From NCBI GenBank assembly GCA_028826165.1, contig JAPDFW010000100.1:62001-126000 (forward strand): a DNA stretch of 64,000 bases. Reading direction: 5' to 3'. Under the pieces are notes generated by a model that was given only the letters and a program-made list of their open reading frames with translations, was not told the origin of the DNA and did no database searches. The position numbers and the translations under genes were made by a program. This DNA comes from Anaeramoeba ignava BMAN (lineage: Eukaryota > Protista > Anaeramoebae). This document shows positions 37,780 through 50,965 of this stretch, in pieces; within the stretch, counting starts at the first letter, position 1; each line of letters starts with the position of its first letter.

Positions 37780-40700
37780 ATGAATTTTTCAACAGAAGAT
37801 GAAATAGAAAATAATTTTGAAAATGGAAAAGAATTAAATTCTAATGAAGAAAAAGAGCATTTGTTATTTAATCAAAAATCTTTTTCACAAAAATTTTCAA
37901 AAATTAAAATTTATGCTTTAATTCTTGGTCAAATTCTTTCTATTAGCCAAACTGCAACTGGAATTTTTAATCAATTTTTAGATACAAAATTTAATATTGT
38001 TCTTCCTATTATTGAAAATTTGTTTAATTATTTATTACTTGGTTTGATTTATTCTATTCCTGTATTTATTTTGGAAATTAGAAAACCAACAAATTTAAAG
38101 AAAAGAATTTGGATTTATTTTATTGCTGGAATAGTTGATAGTTCTGCAAATTTTTTTGGTTTGAAATTTTGAATAAATTTAATAATAAATTTAATAATAA
38201 ATTTAATAATAATTTTAATAATAATTTTAATAATAATTTTAATAATAAATTTTAATAATAATTTTAATAATAATTTTAATAATAATTTTAATAATAATTT
38301 TAATAATAAATTTAATAATAAATTTAATAATAATTTTAATAATAATTTTAATAATAATTTTAATAATAATTTTAATAATAATTTTAATAATAAATTTAAT
38401 AATAATTTTAATAATAAATTTAATAATAATAATTTTAATAATAAATTTTAATAATAATTTTAATAATAATTTTAATAATAAATATAATAATAATTTTAAT
38501 AATAATTTTAATAATTTTAATAAATAATTTTAATAATAATTTTAATAATAATTTTAATAATAATTTTAATAATAAATTTAATAATAATTTTAATAATAAA
38601 TTTAATAATAATTTTAATAATAAATTTAATAATAATTTTAATAATAATTTTAATAATAATTTTAATAATAAATTTAATAATAAATTTAATAATAAATTTA
38701 ATAATAATTTTAATAATAAATTTAATAATAATTTTAATAATAATTTTAATAATAATTTTAATAATAAATTTAATAATAATAATTTTAATAATAATTTTAA
38801 TAATAATTTTAATAATAAATTTAATAATAAATTTAATAATAAATTTAATAATAAATTTTAATAATAATTTTAATAATAAATTTAATAATAAATTTAATAA
38901 TAATTTTAATAATAAATTTAATAATAATTTTAATAATAAATTTAATAATAAATATAATAATAATTTTAATAATAATTTTTAATAATAAATATAATAATAA
39001 TTTTAATAATAATTTTAATAATAAATTTAATAATAAATTTAATAATAAATTTAATAATAAATTTAATAATAAATTTAATAATAAATTTAATAATAAATTT
39101 AATAATAAATTTAATAATAAATTTAATAATAAATTTTAATAATAATTTTAATAATAATTTTAATAATAATTTTAATAATAAATTTAATAATAATTTTAAT
39201 AATAATTTTAATAATAAATTTAATAATAAATTTAATAATTTAATAATTTTAATAATAAATTTAATAATAAATTTTAATAATAATTATAATAATAATTTTA
39301 ATAATAATTTTAATAATAAATTTAATAATAAATTTAATAATAATTTTAATAATAAATTTAATAATAATTTTAATAATAAATTTAATAATAATTTTAATAA
39401 TAATTTTAATAATAATTTTTAATAATAAATTTTAATAATAATTTTTAATAATAAATTTTAATAAATTTTTTGTGAAATTTAATTTGAATATATAATAAAT
39501 TTAATAATAAGAATAATAATAAATTTATAGTAAAGTTTAATAATAAATTTAATAATAATTTAATAATATTTTTAAAAATATCATTAATAATTTTTAATTA
39601 ATAATAAATTTAATAATAAATTTAATAATAAATTTAATAATAATTTTAATAATTTTAATAATAATTAATAATAAATTTAATTTTAATTAAATTTAATAAT
39701 CATTCTTAAGAATTTTAAAAATTAATTTTTAATAATAATTTTTTATTTTCTTAATTTTAATAATAATTTTAATAAATAATTAATTCTGTAAAGCTGTGAA
39801 AACATTTGAATATATTACAATATCAAGAACAACAATTTATAGTAGTTTCAACATACCTTGCATCATGATAATCTCAAGAATATTTTTAAAATATCATTAC
39901 TTTATTAATCAAATATTAGGAGCATTTATGTGTTTTTCAGGTTTAATTATATTAGGAATTTTGGATTCTTACCATCATTCTTCAGAAGAAAAAAATCCAA
40001 TTATTGGAACAATTTATTGTCTTATTTCTGCTTTTCTTTATGCAATTTCAAATGTTTTACAAGAATATATTGTAAAAAAACATGGATCATTAGAATTTCT
40101 TGGAATGATAGGAATTTCAGGTTCAATATTTTGTTCAATTCTTTTGTAAGTTTTAAATTGATATAAAATTGATATAAAATTGATTTAAAATTGATATAAA
40201 ATTGATATAAAATTGATATAAAATTGATATAAAATTGATTTAAAATTGATTTAAAATTGATTTAAAATTAATTTAAAATTAATTTAAAATTAATTTAAAA
40301 TTGATATAAAATTGATTTAAAATTGATTTAAATTTTTATTTTAAAATTGATATAAAATTGATTAAATTTTTGTTCCACTTTTTTAAATTGATTTAAAATT
40401 TTAATTTAAAATTGATTTGAATTTGATTTAAAATTGATTTAAAATTAATATAAAATTGATTTAAAATTAATATAAAATTGATTTAAAATTGATTTAAAAT
40501 TGATTTAAAATTGATATAAAATTGATTTAAAATTGATATAAAATTGATATAAAATTGATATAAAATTGATATAAAATTGATATAAAATTGATATAAAATT
40601 GATTTAAAATTGATTTAAAATTGATATAAAATTGATATAAAATTGATATAAAATTGATTTAAAATTGTTTTAAATTGATTTAAAATTGATATAAAATTGA

Positions 40701-41197
40701 TATAAAATTGATATAAAATTGATATAAAATTTTAATTTAAATTTGTTTTAAATTTGATATAAAATTGATTTAAAATTGATTTAAAATTGATTTTAAATTG
40801 ATTTAATTTTTGTTCCACTTTTTTTAATTTTGATTAAATTTTTGTTCCACTTTTTTAAATTGATTTAAAATTTTAATTTGATAGATTCTCTTTTAGCTTA
40901 AATGAAGTTCACCAATTTCAAAATAATTATAAATTTATTCTTGGAATTTTTGGATTTTCTCTTTGTATGTTTATTCTTTATTCTCTTGTTCCTGTTATGT
41001 TGAAAATAAGTAATGCAACTTTATTTGGACTTTCTTTATCAACTTCAAATTTTTATTCTTTATTTGCAGAACTTTTCCTTTTCCAAAATTCACTTCCTAA
41101 ATTATATTTTGTTGTTTTTGTTATTGTTGTATTAGGAATAATAATTTTTACAATTCCAAAACAATTTTATAAAAGAATTTTATGTAAAAAAAATTAA
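37780..41197 (+). CDS. SLC35F: SLC35F-family (DMT superfamily) transporter
   Basis: Exons 37780-38158, 39794-40145, 40885-41197. Motifs LILGQILS, SAFLYAISNVLQEYIVK, EFLGMIG, LYSLVPVMLKISNATLFGLSLSTSNFYSL. Confidence 0.85.
38172..39780. repeat. (AATAATAA[A/T]TTT)n satellite in SLC35F intron 1
   Basis: 12-mer tandem array of ~1.6 kb. Confidence 0.92.
40155..40875. repeat. (AAAATTGAT[A/T]T)n satellite in SLC35F intron 2
   Basis: 11-mer tandem array. Confidence 0.9.
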
Positions 41198-41508
41198 TAA
41201 AAAAAAATTAATTAAAAAAGAAGAAAAATTTTTTTTTAATTTTGTTTTTTTCTCCTTTTTTAATTAAAAAAAAAATTTTTTTTTTAATTTAATTTTTTTT
41301 TATTTTTTTAATTTACACTAAATTTAAAGTAAGCATTACGCATTTATACAATAATATTGGTCATCGACTAATCATCTTTCCTCAAACTTGTTTTACAAAA
41401 AAAATTTCAATTTAAATTTTTTAAATTTAAATTTAATTTAAAAAAAGATAATTTCGTTTTTGTTCTTTTTTTTTTTTTCTTTTTTTTTTCTTACTTTTTC
41501 TTTAAAAA

Positions 41509-42225
41509 ATGTCTAATCCAAAACATTCACCACAAATTGAACAAGATGATTTTCGAAGTATTTTACCTGATCCTTTTGGATTTCATGAAAATACTCAAAA
41601 CGAAAATGAAAATGAAAATGAAAATGAAAATGAAAATGAAAATGAAAATGAAAATGAAAACGATAATGAAAATGAAAATGAAAACGAAAACGAAAACGAA
41701 AATCAAAATCAAAATCAAAATCAAAATCAAAAACAAAGTGATGGAGAAAATGAAGATAATGAAGATCTTGAAGAACGAGAAGGAGAAGATGATGAAGATG
41801 AAGATGATGAAAATAATGTTGATAAAAAATCTAATCAAAAATCTAATGAAGATGAAATGGAAGATCAAGATAATGAAAAGAAATCCAATAAAAAGCAAAA
41901 AATTCAAACAAAAAAACACAAGAAAAGAAAAGATTCACCTTCCAAAAATATGACCCAACAAGAAAAACAACAACACAGAAAAGAAATTAATCGAAAAGCT
42001 GCTCAAAATTTCAGAAAACGCCAAAGAGAAAGAATAATTGAATTGGAAAAAATTGTTGATAAACTCCAACTAGAAAATATCACTTTGAAAACAACTAATG
42101 AAACTCTTGAAGCTGAAAAAGGTGTTCTTGCAAATCAAGTTCAATTTTATCAAAGTTTTTTAACAAGAATAATTGGTTCTAATTCTGAAAAAGAAACAGA
42201 ATTTCACGATCATAAATTACTTTAA
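41509..42225 (+). CDS. bZIP transcription factor with acidic EN/NQ-repeat N-terminus
   Basis: Basic region RKEINRKAAQNFRKRQR followed by heptad leucines (LEKIVDKLQLENITLKTTNETLEAEKGVL); single exon. Confidence 0.9.
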   Translation: MSNPKHSPQIEQDDFRSILPDPFGFHENTQNENENENENENENENENENENDNENENENENENENQNQNQNQNQKQSDGENEDNEDLEEREGEDDEDEDDENNVDKKSNQKSNEDEMEDQDNEKKSNKKQKIQTKKHKKRKDSPSKNMTQQEKQQHRKEINRKAAQNFRKRQRERIIELEKIVDKLQLENITLKTTNETLEAEKGVLANQVQFYQSFLTRIIGSNSEKETEFHDHKLL

Positions 42226-42374
42226 TTTACTTTAATTAATTAATTAATTAATTTTTTTGAAATTTGGTTTTTTTACTTTCTCTTTTATTTTCTTTTGTTG
42301 TTTTTCTTTTTTTTTTGAGAACAAAAGAAGCAAAAGAAAAAAATTCCTAAATTGTTTTGTTTTGTTTTTTCTTT

Positions 42375-44604
42375 TTAAAAATCTCCAATTTCATTTTCTA
42401 TTTGATCTCCATCATTCATTAAACTTTCTTTCATTGCAAAATTCTCATCTTGATCACCAACTAAATCATTATCATTATCATTATCAAAACCATTATCATT
42501 ATCATTATCAAAATCATTATCATCATCATTCATCATTTCATCTTGATCTCCATTTTGTTCCAATCCCATTTCATCATCAATAGTAGCATCTTGATATTGT
42601 TGATATTCATTGACAAGATCTGTCATGTTATTTTCTGCTTCATTAAATTCCATTTCATCCATTCCTTCTCCCAAATACCAATGCAAAAAAGCTTTTCTTT
42701 TAAACATAACTTTGAATTGGTCTCCAAATCTTTTGAATAATTCTTGAATGGAAGTTGAATTTCCAAGGAAAGTTGCACTTAATCTGTGTCCTTTTGGAGG
42801 AATATCACAAACTGTGCTTTTTATGTTATTTGGGATCCATTCAACAAAATAACTTGAGTTTTTATTGAGAACATTCATCAAGTTATCTTCCACTTCTTTT
42901 GTGCTCATTTTCCCTCTAAACATTACTGAAGCTGTTAGGTATTTTCCATGTCTTGGATCAGTTGCAGCCATCATATTTTTTGGATCAAACATTTGCTGAG
43001 TTAATTCAGGAATAGTTAAAGATTTGTAACCGATTGAAGTTCTACTAGAAAGAGGAGCGAATCCAATTAAGAAGAAATGAAGTCTTGGGAAAGGAACAAG
43101 ATTGACAGCCAATTTTCTCAGATCTGAATTTAATTGACCTATTTTTTTGAAAAATTAATTTAAAAATTCCAAAAAAATTCCAAAAAAATTCCAAAAAAAT
43201 TCTTTACCTGGAAATCTTAAACAAGATGTAATTCCACTCATTACTGATGATACTAAATGATTTAAATCTCCATATGATGGACTTGATAACTTCAATGTTT
43301 TTGTGCAAATATCATAAAGAGCTTCATTATCAATACACATTACAGAATCAGCATTTTCAACAAGTTGATGAACAGATAAAGTTGCGTTATAAGGTTCAAC
43401 AACAGTATCAGAAACTTTAGGAGAAGGAACAACTGAAAAAGTAGCAATCATTCTATCAGGATATTCTTCTTTAATTTTTGATAACAACAAAGTACCAAAT
43501 CCTGAACCAGTTCCTCCTCCAAGAGAATGAGCAATTTGAAATCCTTGTAAACAATCACATGATTCTGATTCCTTTCTAACTGCATCAAGAACATTATCAA
43601 TTAATTCAGCTCCTTCTGTGTAATGTCCTTTTGCCCAATTATTTCCAGCTCCTGATCTTCCAAAAACAAAGTTATCAGGTCTAAATAATTGACCATAAGG
43701 TCCAGCACGAACAGCATCCATTGTTCCAGGTTCAAGATCAATAAGAATAGCTCTTGGAACATATTTTCCTAAAGAATACAAAGCAAATCAAATCAAATCA
43801 AATCAAACCAAAATAAATAATCCAAAATAAATAATTAATCAAAAATAATTTAATTCCAAAATAAATAATTTAATTCCAAAATAAATATTTTAATTTCAAA
43901 ATAAATATTTTAATTTCAAAATAAATAATTTAATTTCAAAATAAATATTTAATTTCAAAATAAATATTTAAATTCAAAATAAATATTTTAATTCCAAAAT
44001 AAATATTTTAATTTCAAAATAATTCAAATAAATATTTTAATTTCAAAATAAATATTTTAATTTCAAAATAAATATTTTAATTTCAAAATAAATATTTTAA
44101 TTTCCAAAATAAATAATTTAATTTCAAAATAAATAATTTAATTTCAAAATAAATAATTTAATTTCAAAATAAATAATTTAATTTTCAAAATAAATAATTT
44201 AATTCCAAAATAAATATTTTAATTTCCAAAATAAATATTTTAATTCCAAAATAAATAATTCCAAAATAATTAATCAAAAATAATTTAATTCCAAAATAAA
44301 TATTTTAATTTCCAAAATAAATATTTTAATTTCAAAATAAATATTTTAATTTCAAAATAAATATTTTAATTTTCAAAATAAAAAATTCAAAATAAATATT
44401 TTAATTCTTAATTTGTTTTTTAGTTTTTTTTTTACCTCCAATTGCTTCATTATAATATACATTAATTCTATCTAATTGTAACTGATTATCTCCATTATAA
44501 ACTCCTGTTGGATCAATTCCATGTTCATCTGAAATTACTTCCCAAAATTTTGCTCCTATTTGATTTCCACATTGTCCTACTTGTAAATGAACTATTTCTC
44601 TCAT
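42375..44604 (-). CDS. TUBB: Beta-tubulin, divergent, with extended acidic C-terminal tail
   Basis: Exons 44604-44436, 43768-43208, 43138-42375. [44 protein letters not shown]. Confidence 0.97.
43810..44405. repeat. ~20-mer satellite (TT[T/C]CAAAATAAATA[A/T]TTTAA) in beta-tubulin intron 1
   Basis: Tandem array visible directly. Confidence 0.9.
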
Positions 44605-44985
44605 TATTTTTATTTAAATTTATTTATAAAAATTTCCAAATGAATTAAATTCAAATGAAAAAAAAAAGATTGAAAATGATCTTTTTGTTTTTTATTTTGA
44701 TCTTTTTCTTAAATACTTCGATCAAAAAAAAAAAATAAAAATTAATTTATAAAAACAAATTTGACATTAACAGTTTTTTTAACAAAATTTAAATTGAAAA
44801 AATTAAAGATTAAAAAAATTCCCAAAAACAAGAAAAATTAATTATTCTTCTTCTTCTTTTTTTTTCTCCTTTTGTTTTTTTTATTTTTGGAAAACAGTAA
44901 GAAAACAAAACGAAAAAATTTTTTTTTTCTTTCATCTAAAATCATTTTTTTCTTTTTCTTTTTTTGAAAAAATTATTTTTTTTAA

Positions 44986-47140
44986 ATGCAATATATTAGA
45001 CTTCTTAAAAAAAATAAACCTTATTTCTGGCTTTGGCTTGCTTTTGTAATTTCTTTATTTGGAGATTGGTTTACAAATATTGCAGCTATTGTTATTGGAA
45101 CTAAAATAAAAAATTCACAATTAGTTGTTAGTATACTTTTTATTTTAGAAATTGCACCATCTTTTTTATTAATTCCAATAACTGGACCTGTAAATAATTT
45201 ATTCAATTCAATTCAATTCAATTCAATTCAATTCAATTCTAAATTTTTTAAATGATAAAAAATAAAAAAGGTTATTGATTATTTTAATAGGAATAATGTT
45301 ATGATTTTTTGTGATTTCTTTAGAGCTGGTTTTGTTTTATTTTATATTCTTGCAGATAAAATTGGAAGTTTAGGATTTTTATTTTTTGTAGTTGCTGTTC
45401 AATTTTCAGCTTCTGCATTTTTTTTACCTGCAAGGATTGCAGTTATTTGTGATGTTGTTACAAAAGAAGAAGCAGTTCTTGCAGATAGTACTTGATTTTA
45501 AATTTAAAAATTTAAAAATTTAAAAATTCAATAAATTATATTTAAAAAAAAAATAGTACTAGATTCTTTAACATATTCATCTGTTTATTTTATTGGTGCT
45601 GCTCTAGGAGGAATAAGTGTAGAAGAAGGTGGAATTATTATTTCTTTTATAATTGATTCAATTACTTTTATTTTATCTGCAATTTCCATCTTTGTTAGTT
45701 TACATCATTTAAAAAAGATTGGAAAATTTCATTATAATAAAGTTAATGAAGATGAAGATGAAGATGAAGATGAAGATGATATTGTATCAAAAAAAATTTC
45801 AGATAATAAAAATATTGAAAAGGATTCTGAAATGAATTCAAAAGATGATGAAAATGAAATTGAATTGGAAAGTCAAAATGAATTTGAAAATGAAAATGAA
45901 TTAGAGAATGAAAATCAAAATGAACTGGAGAATGAAAATGAAAATGAAAATGAAAATGAAAATGAAAATCAAAATCAAAATCAAAATCAAAATCAAAATC
46001 AAAATCAAAATCAAAATCAAAATCAAAATCAAAATCAAAATCTAAATCAAAATCAAAATGAAAGTGAAAATGAATTTGAAATTGAAAATCAGAATGAAAA
46101 TGAATTAGAGAATGAAAATCAAAATCAAAATCAAAATCAAAATCAAAATCAAAAAAATCAAAATCAAAATCAAAATCAAAATCAAAATCAAAATCAAAAT
46201 CAAAATCAAAATCAAAATCAAAATCAAAATCAAAATGAAAATCAAAATCAAAATCAAAATCAAAATCAAAATGAAAATGAAAATGAAAGTGAAAATGAAT
46301 TTGAAATTGAGAAAGAAACTGAACTAAAATATCCTTTCCAAAATTCAATTAATGAAAAATTAATTCAAGATCCAAAAAAAAAGAAAAAGAAAAAGAAAAA
46401 GAAAAAGGAAAAAGTGAACTTTAGTGATGCTATCAGATATCTTCGTAATCATAAATCCTATATTTTTATGATTACATTAAAATTAGAACAAGGAGTTATT
46501 TGGAGTTCAATTTTTGTAATGGCTTTATTAATTTTAAAAACAAAATTTCCATTAGAAAAAAATGGAGCAATTATTATTGGAATTTATTATGCAACAGATG
46601 CACTTGGAGTTATTTTTCCTCCTTGTAATTTTGAAATTTGAAATAAGAAATATTTATTTACAAAAAAAAGAAAAAATTAATTTAAAAATATAAAATTTTT
46701 TTTGTTCAGTAATTGCTAAAAAATTTACAGGGAAAGGGTCACAAAAAAGTTGTTGGATTACTTTATTTGTTGCACTTTGTTTTCTCTTTTTGGGATCTAT
46801 TATTGTTTTTATTGCAAATATTTATACTTCTTTACCAACTTTTTTGATTTCTACTTTTTTTATTGCAACTGGAGCTGGAATAACATGGGTTTATTCAAAT
46901 TTATTAATTCAGTTAAATTTCCCAGAAAAAATGGTTGGAAGAATGGTTGGAATTGATATTGGATTATGTAGTTTTGCTGAAGCTATTGGTTATTTACTTG
47001 CTGGTCTTTTGGTTGATACAGCGAAATTTGGATATTCAGAAACATTTCTCATTATTATAATTTTTTCTTTTGTTATGATTATATATCGATTGATTCATTT
47101 AATTTGGTTTTTAGTGAAATCTAAGAAACAAATTAAATAG
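44986..47140 (+). CDS. Major facilitator superfamily transporter (bacterial DHA3/MFS_3-like) with a long EN/NQ central loop
   Basis: Exons 44986-45189, 45271-45487, 45557-46624, 46710-47140, in frame. LWLAFVISLFGDWF, GPVIDYFNR, AFFLPAR, PEKMVGRMVG, GYLLAGLLVD. Confidence 0.85.
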
Positions 47141-47164
47141 AAAAATGAATTTTAAATAAATATT

Positions 47165-47640
47165 AAATTTTAAATTAAATTGAATTTTTTGAATTGAATT
47201 AAATATTAAATTGAATTAAAATTGAATTAAATTTAAATATTAAATGAATTGAATTAAATATTGAATTAAATATTGAATTGAATTGAATTGAATATTGAAT
47301 TAAATATTAAATTGAATTAAATATTGAATTAAATATTAAATATTATTAAAATTGAATTGAATAAAATTGAATTGAATTGGATTGAATTGAATTAAAATTA
47401 AATATTGAATTGAATTAAATTGAATTAAATTAAAATTGAAATATTGAATTGAATTGAATTGAATTGAATTGATTGAATTAAATATTGAATTAAATATTGA
47501 ATTAAATATTGAATATTGAATTAAATTAAATTGAATTAAATTAAATATTGAATTGAATTGAATTGAATTAAATATTGAATTAAATATTAAATATTGAATT
47601 AAATTGATTTGAATTGAATTGAATTGAATTAAATATTAAA
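47165..47640. repeat. (AATTG)n / ATTAAATATTGA intergenic microsatellite
   Basis: Tandem array between the MFS and AP1G genes. Confidence 0.9.
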
Positions 47641-47707
47641 TAAAATTTTTTTTCATTTTTTTTTTCATTTTCATTTTTTTCTTTCTATTTTTTTTTTCAA
47701 AAAAAAA

Positions 47708-50691
47708 ATGAGTCTTTCTTTAAGAGATTTAATTCGTTCAGTTAGAAACGCAAAAACAATTTCTCAAGCAAGAGAAACAATATCTAATGAAAGTGCTAAA
47801 ATAAGAACATCATTTAGAAGTGAAGATGCAAAATCTCGACCAAAAAATGTTATGAAAGCACTTTTTATTTATTTATCAGGATTTAATGCAAATTATGCAC
47901 AATTAGAATGTCTCAAACTAATAGCGATGCCATCATTTATCTGCAAGAAAGTGGGGTATTTAGGCTTGTCTATTCTTTTGGATGAAACTGAAGATTTTCT
48001 AGTTATGGCAACTAATAATATTAGAAATGATCTCATCTCAGAAAGCAAATACACTATTGGTCTTGCTTTAACTGCCCTTGGAAACCTTGGTTCAGAAGAT
48101 ATGGCACGTGATCTTGCGCCTGAAGTGGAGAATGCAATGCAGCATAAAGATGCTTTTGTTAAGAAAAAAGCTGTTTTATGTGCTTTTAGAATAATTAAAA
48201 AAGTTCCTGAAACTATTGATAGATTTGTTGGAAGAATTAGGTTGCTTTTGAGTGATAAAAATCATTCCGTTGTGATGTGTACATTACAATTAGTTGAATT
48301 AATGGTTGAAAAAGATCAAGAAATTCGAAAAAAATTTGAGAAAGTAAAAAATTTTCAAATAAAATAAATTTAAATTAAAATAAATTTAAATTAAAATAAA
48401 TTTAAATTAAAATAAATTTAAATTAAAATAAATTTAAATTAAAATAAATTTAAATTAAAAAAATTTTAAATTAAAATAAATTTAAATTAAAATAAATTTA
48501 AATTAAAATAAATTTAATAGTTTACAGTAGGTCTTTGTAGAATGCTTAAATCTTTATTAGAAGTCCCTTATTCACCTGAATATGATGTTTCTGGAATAAC
48601 AGATCCATTTTTACAAGTTCATATTATTAAAACATTAGGTTTATTAGGAGAATTTTCACAAGATTCAAGTGAAATCTCAAGTGATTTATTAGGAAAAGTA
48701 TTTTAAAAAAATTGAAAAAGATATTCATATTTATATTCATATTTATTTTTATATTCATTTTAAAAAGGTTATCAATGGAATTAAATCTAATAAAAATGTT
48801 GGAAATGCTGTTGTTTATGAAGCTGTTCTTTCTATTTTAAGAATGAAATCAGAAAATGCAATAAGAATGATTGCTATTAATTCATTAAGTAAATTTCTCA
48901 TGAGACAAACAAACAATTTAAGATATGTTGCATTAAACACATTGGCAAAGATTGTTAAAACAAACCCAAAAGCTGTTCAAAAACACAGAAAAATTATTGT
49001 TGAATGTTTGAGAGATTTCGATACTTCAATTAGAAAAAGAGCATTAGATTTAGTCTTTTTATTAATTAATGAAAAAAATGCAAAAAATTTAATCAAAGAA
49101 TTATTAACTTATTTATTTGAAACAACACATGAATTCAGAAGTGAAATTGCTTCCAAAATTTGTTTTGCTTTAGAAAGATTAGATCAAGACCAAAAATGGC
49201 AAATTGAAACTTTGATTGATGTTTTAACAGTTGTAAATATTCAAAAAAAAAATATTCAAAAAAAAATATTCAAAAAAAAAATATTCAAAAAAAAATATTC
49301 ATCGATAATAATAGGCAGGTCAATATGTTAGTGAAAATGAAACTTCAAAAACTATCAACTTAATTTCTAAATACTCAGAACTTCAAGGATACATTACACA
49401 TAATCTTTTTAATTTATTACTAAAAGATCGTGAACGCTCAGAAAAACTTATTCAAGTCGCAAGTTGGGCTATTGGAGAATACGGTGATCTTCTTCTTGAA
49501 AGAGTTGAAAGTTATGATTCAGTTTCTCCAATCCAAATTCTTGATTTATTGGAATATTTATTATCTAATACAAAAGATGAGTTGACAAGATTTTATATTC
49601 TTAATGCATTGATTAAATTGACAGTCAGATTTCAAACTCAACAAAAAGAAGTTATTGAAAGAGTAAAATCTTTGATCCAAAGATTTGAAACAAGTATTTC
49701 ACCAGAAATTCAACAACGTTCTTCAGAATTTTTAGGGTTGCTTGAAAAAGACGATATTCGATTTGAAATTTTGGATAAAATTCCTCCAATTATAATTCAA
49801 CAAGAACAAGAACAAGAATCAGAATCAGAAACAAAAGAAAAAGAAAAAGAAAAAGAAAAAGCACAAATAATTCCAATAGAAGATCCAAAAAAACAAATCT
49901 TAAATAGTAGCAATAATAATAACAATAATAATAATAATAACATTATTCAAAAAGATCAAGAAACAAAACCAATTCCAAAAGAAAAACCAAAAGATTCAGA
50001 TAATTTAATTACATTTATAACAACACCAACAATAAAAACTACAACCCAAAACACAAATCAACTCCAAAATACAATTTTGACAGGAAATAATATAAATCAA
50101 CCTAAAAATGATTTAGATTTATTAGACACAATTTTCAAAACAACTGTTGAACCGGATAAATCACAACCAAAAGGAATTGAAATGCTTAAAAAACAACTTT
50201 CAGAAGGAATTTTAGAACAAAATCAAAATCAAAATCAAAATCAAAATCAAAATCAAAATCAAAATCAAAATCAAAATCAAAGTCTAAATCAAAATCAAAA
50301 TCAAAATCAAAATCAAAATCAAAATCAAAAGAAAATACCAAGTATAATTGCATTCCAAAAAGATGGATTAACAATCAAACTTGATTTTAAAAAGGGAAAT
50401 GTAATCAATAATACAATTATAACTGCAGTTTTTTCAAATTCGAATCAGCAATCTTTAACAAATTTTAAATTTCAAGTTGCAGTTCCAAAATTTGCTCAAT
50501 TAAAACTTGGTCCTCCATCAGGAAATATAATTCCTCCAAATAATTCAGGAATTATGACCCAACCTTTAAGCGTTATAAATGGAATGTATGGAAAAAAAGC
50601 TTTAATTTTAAGAGTTAGAATTGAATATTTGATTAACAATACTCCTAAAGTAATTCAAACAGATTTTACAAATTTACCAAAAGAAGTTTAA
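47708..50691 (+). CDS. AP1G: AP-1 complex gamma adaptin
   Basis: Exons 47708-48343, 48521-48697, 48768-49232, 49315-50691. LRDLIRSVRNAKT, QLECLKLIA, YSPEYDVSGITDPFLQV, NLRYVALNTL, EIQQRSSEF; ear domain FQVAVPK. Confidence 0.95.
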
Positions 50692-50965
50692 ACAAAAAAA
50701 AATAATTCATTTTCTCTTTTTTTTTTTAAAACATTTCAATTTCATTTTAATTCATTTTAATTCATTTTTCATTTCATTTTCTTCAAATCATTTTTTTTTC
50801 TTTCTAAAAAAAAGCAAAAGAACAAAATACAAATTAATTTCAATTTCAATTTCAATTTCAATTTCAATTTCAATTTTATTTTTTTTATTTTGACATTGAA
50901 AAACAATTTTTATTTTTATTCCACTTTTTTTTTTTATTCCATTTTTTTATTTTTATTTCACAAAA

